A stretch of DNA of 63,399 nucleotides, the filler included, from Choristocarpus tenellus KU-1152 (Eukaryota > Protista > Phaeophyceae), in the NCBI GenBank assembly GCA_964200185.2. It is 12 parts of 12 records of this genome, joined end to end, with 100 filler letters (N's around TTAATTAATTAA, not from the genome) between each part and the next. Parts side by side here need not be neighbours in the genome. Positions count along the whole stretch, not along the records: positions 59,351 to 63,399 come from CAXNAD020016480.1; 11 more parts are not named here. The stretch is one strand, 5' to 3'. The translations under genes were made by a program, and so were the position numbers. The notes beneath the pieces are model-generated. The model did no database searches. It saw only the letters and a program-made list of their open reading frames with translations, and was not told where the DNA came from. Below, in pieces: positions 62,200-63,399 of this stretch; the first letter of the stretch is position 1, and each line of letters opens with the position of its first letter.

Positions 62200-63399
62200 G
62201 TAAACGGGAGATACCCATGTTTTGGTCGTTTTGCACTTCAAATGCCAATTTTTTCATCTTTGCTATGCATCCTTATTTCTATGAGTGAAGTACTAAGACT
62301 GACTTGACATAATCGATTTCCCTATTAATCAAAAAATTCCAAAGCAATTCAGAAAAGTCCCAACATGCATTCGTACATGAAGCTGAATCTTCCACATTTG
62401 TTCAGCATCCTCAAAATGCAACCTTACTTCAAGTCAAACCAACTAAGAAGTAGGCAGGGTTGCACTTCAAGAATCCGGAGAAGGGACAAAAAGATTTAAT
62501 TTTGACAGAGCCTTGGCTGAATCGTGCTGGCACTTTGTGTGTGGAAAAGGGGGACACCGATTTTGCGTCCACTAATGTGTACAATTAAGTAGTGGCACAG
62601 AGTGTATTGCACAGGGTGAGAAAAATGGCTTAGAATGCAAAAAGGTTCAAACTTGCCTACCATTTAGTTTGCCTCTTTGGCTCCTTGGCTTACCTCTCCC
62701 CTGACATTTTGGAGAATATATTAATAATGTGCTTCAAGTATAAAATAGAAGGTATAAAATAGAAGGAAAAGAGGGTGGTATCAAAATTCGTAACAACTAC
62801 AATAGGTATTAACAGAAGATATTGGTAATAGATGTGGAGACGCACATAGGCACCACTGGTGGAGCTGCTTTAATGGTTTGGAGTACCTAATGAATTGTTG
62901 TGCGACACCACTCCAGCAGCAATGGTATTTGATCAATAGATAAGCGTATCATCACAAATTCGTCCTATAGTCTCATTATCAGTAGTTTCGTATTGATTAT
63001 TGCAACCTACAATTGGAGGTATCTTCTGGATATATGGTAGAGTATGTGGATGCATACGTACGTGAAATATGGGTGGTGTACGTTGCTGTTACAGGCGCCC
63101 CTCAATGCTCACCTTTCCAGGAGGTACAAGTCAAATCCAATTAACAGATTAACACACGTCAGCTCAGCAGAACAATAGTACTCTCAGGTGAATCTCAAGT
63201 AGCACAATGAAATTGTATAATCGATATCAGAAAGAGAGAACTGAATCAGTAGGGCTTCTCTAGGTCAGAAAAACTGAGCCCTTTGGAGCCGTTTTTAGTA
63301 TATCTTATCATCATTTACCGTTGGGGTTTCTCTGGTCTACAAACATTGGAATATATTTGAGAACCATTGCGACCTTTCCATCTGGGACCCTTTGCAACT
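62200..63399 (-). mobile_element. Degenerate Copia RT region
   Basis: 62450-62660 is homologous to 26858-27075 (GTAGGCAGGGTTGCA..GAGAAGGG..AGAGTGTA.GCACAGGGT..TTAGAATGCAAAA.GGT). Extent is approximate. Confidence 0.45.

Overview
Eukaryotic nuclear DNA, most likely a brown alga (inferred from a mannuronan C-5-epimerase-like gene, flagellar CFAP52, long GT-AG introns and TTAGGG repeats). The window is not one locus. It is 12 short contigs joined by artificial 100-bp linkers (N44-TTAATTAATTAA-N44), so adjacency across linkers has no biological meaning. Spliced genes I could reconstruct by hand: CFAP52 (4 internal exons), TOM22 (complete), cytochrome c (complete), a FANCJ-like helicase (5 exons), a DUSP-domain ubiquitin protease (3 exons), a mannuronan C-5-epimerase-like gene with two unusual N-terminal repeat domains (3 exons), and an acidic RVxF-motif protein. 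Most of the rest is decayed Gypsy and Copia LTR retrotransposons, two MITE families sharing one TIR, and simple repeats. The two best leads are (1) a multi-copy, intron-containing, degenerate gene with a ParB/Srx-like N-terminus behind an array of diverged ~250-bp repeats, and (2) the modular epimerase. All family assignments come from motif recognition by eye; no database searches were run.
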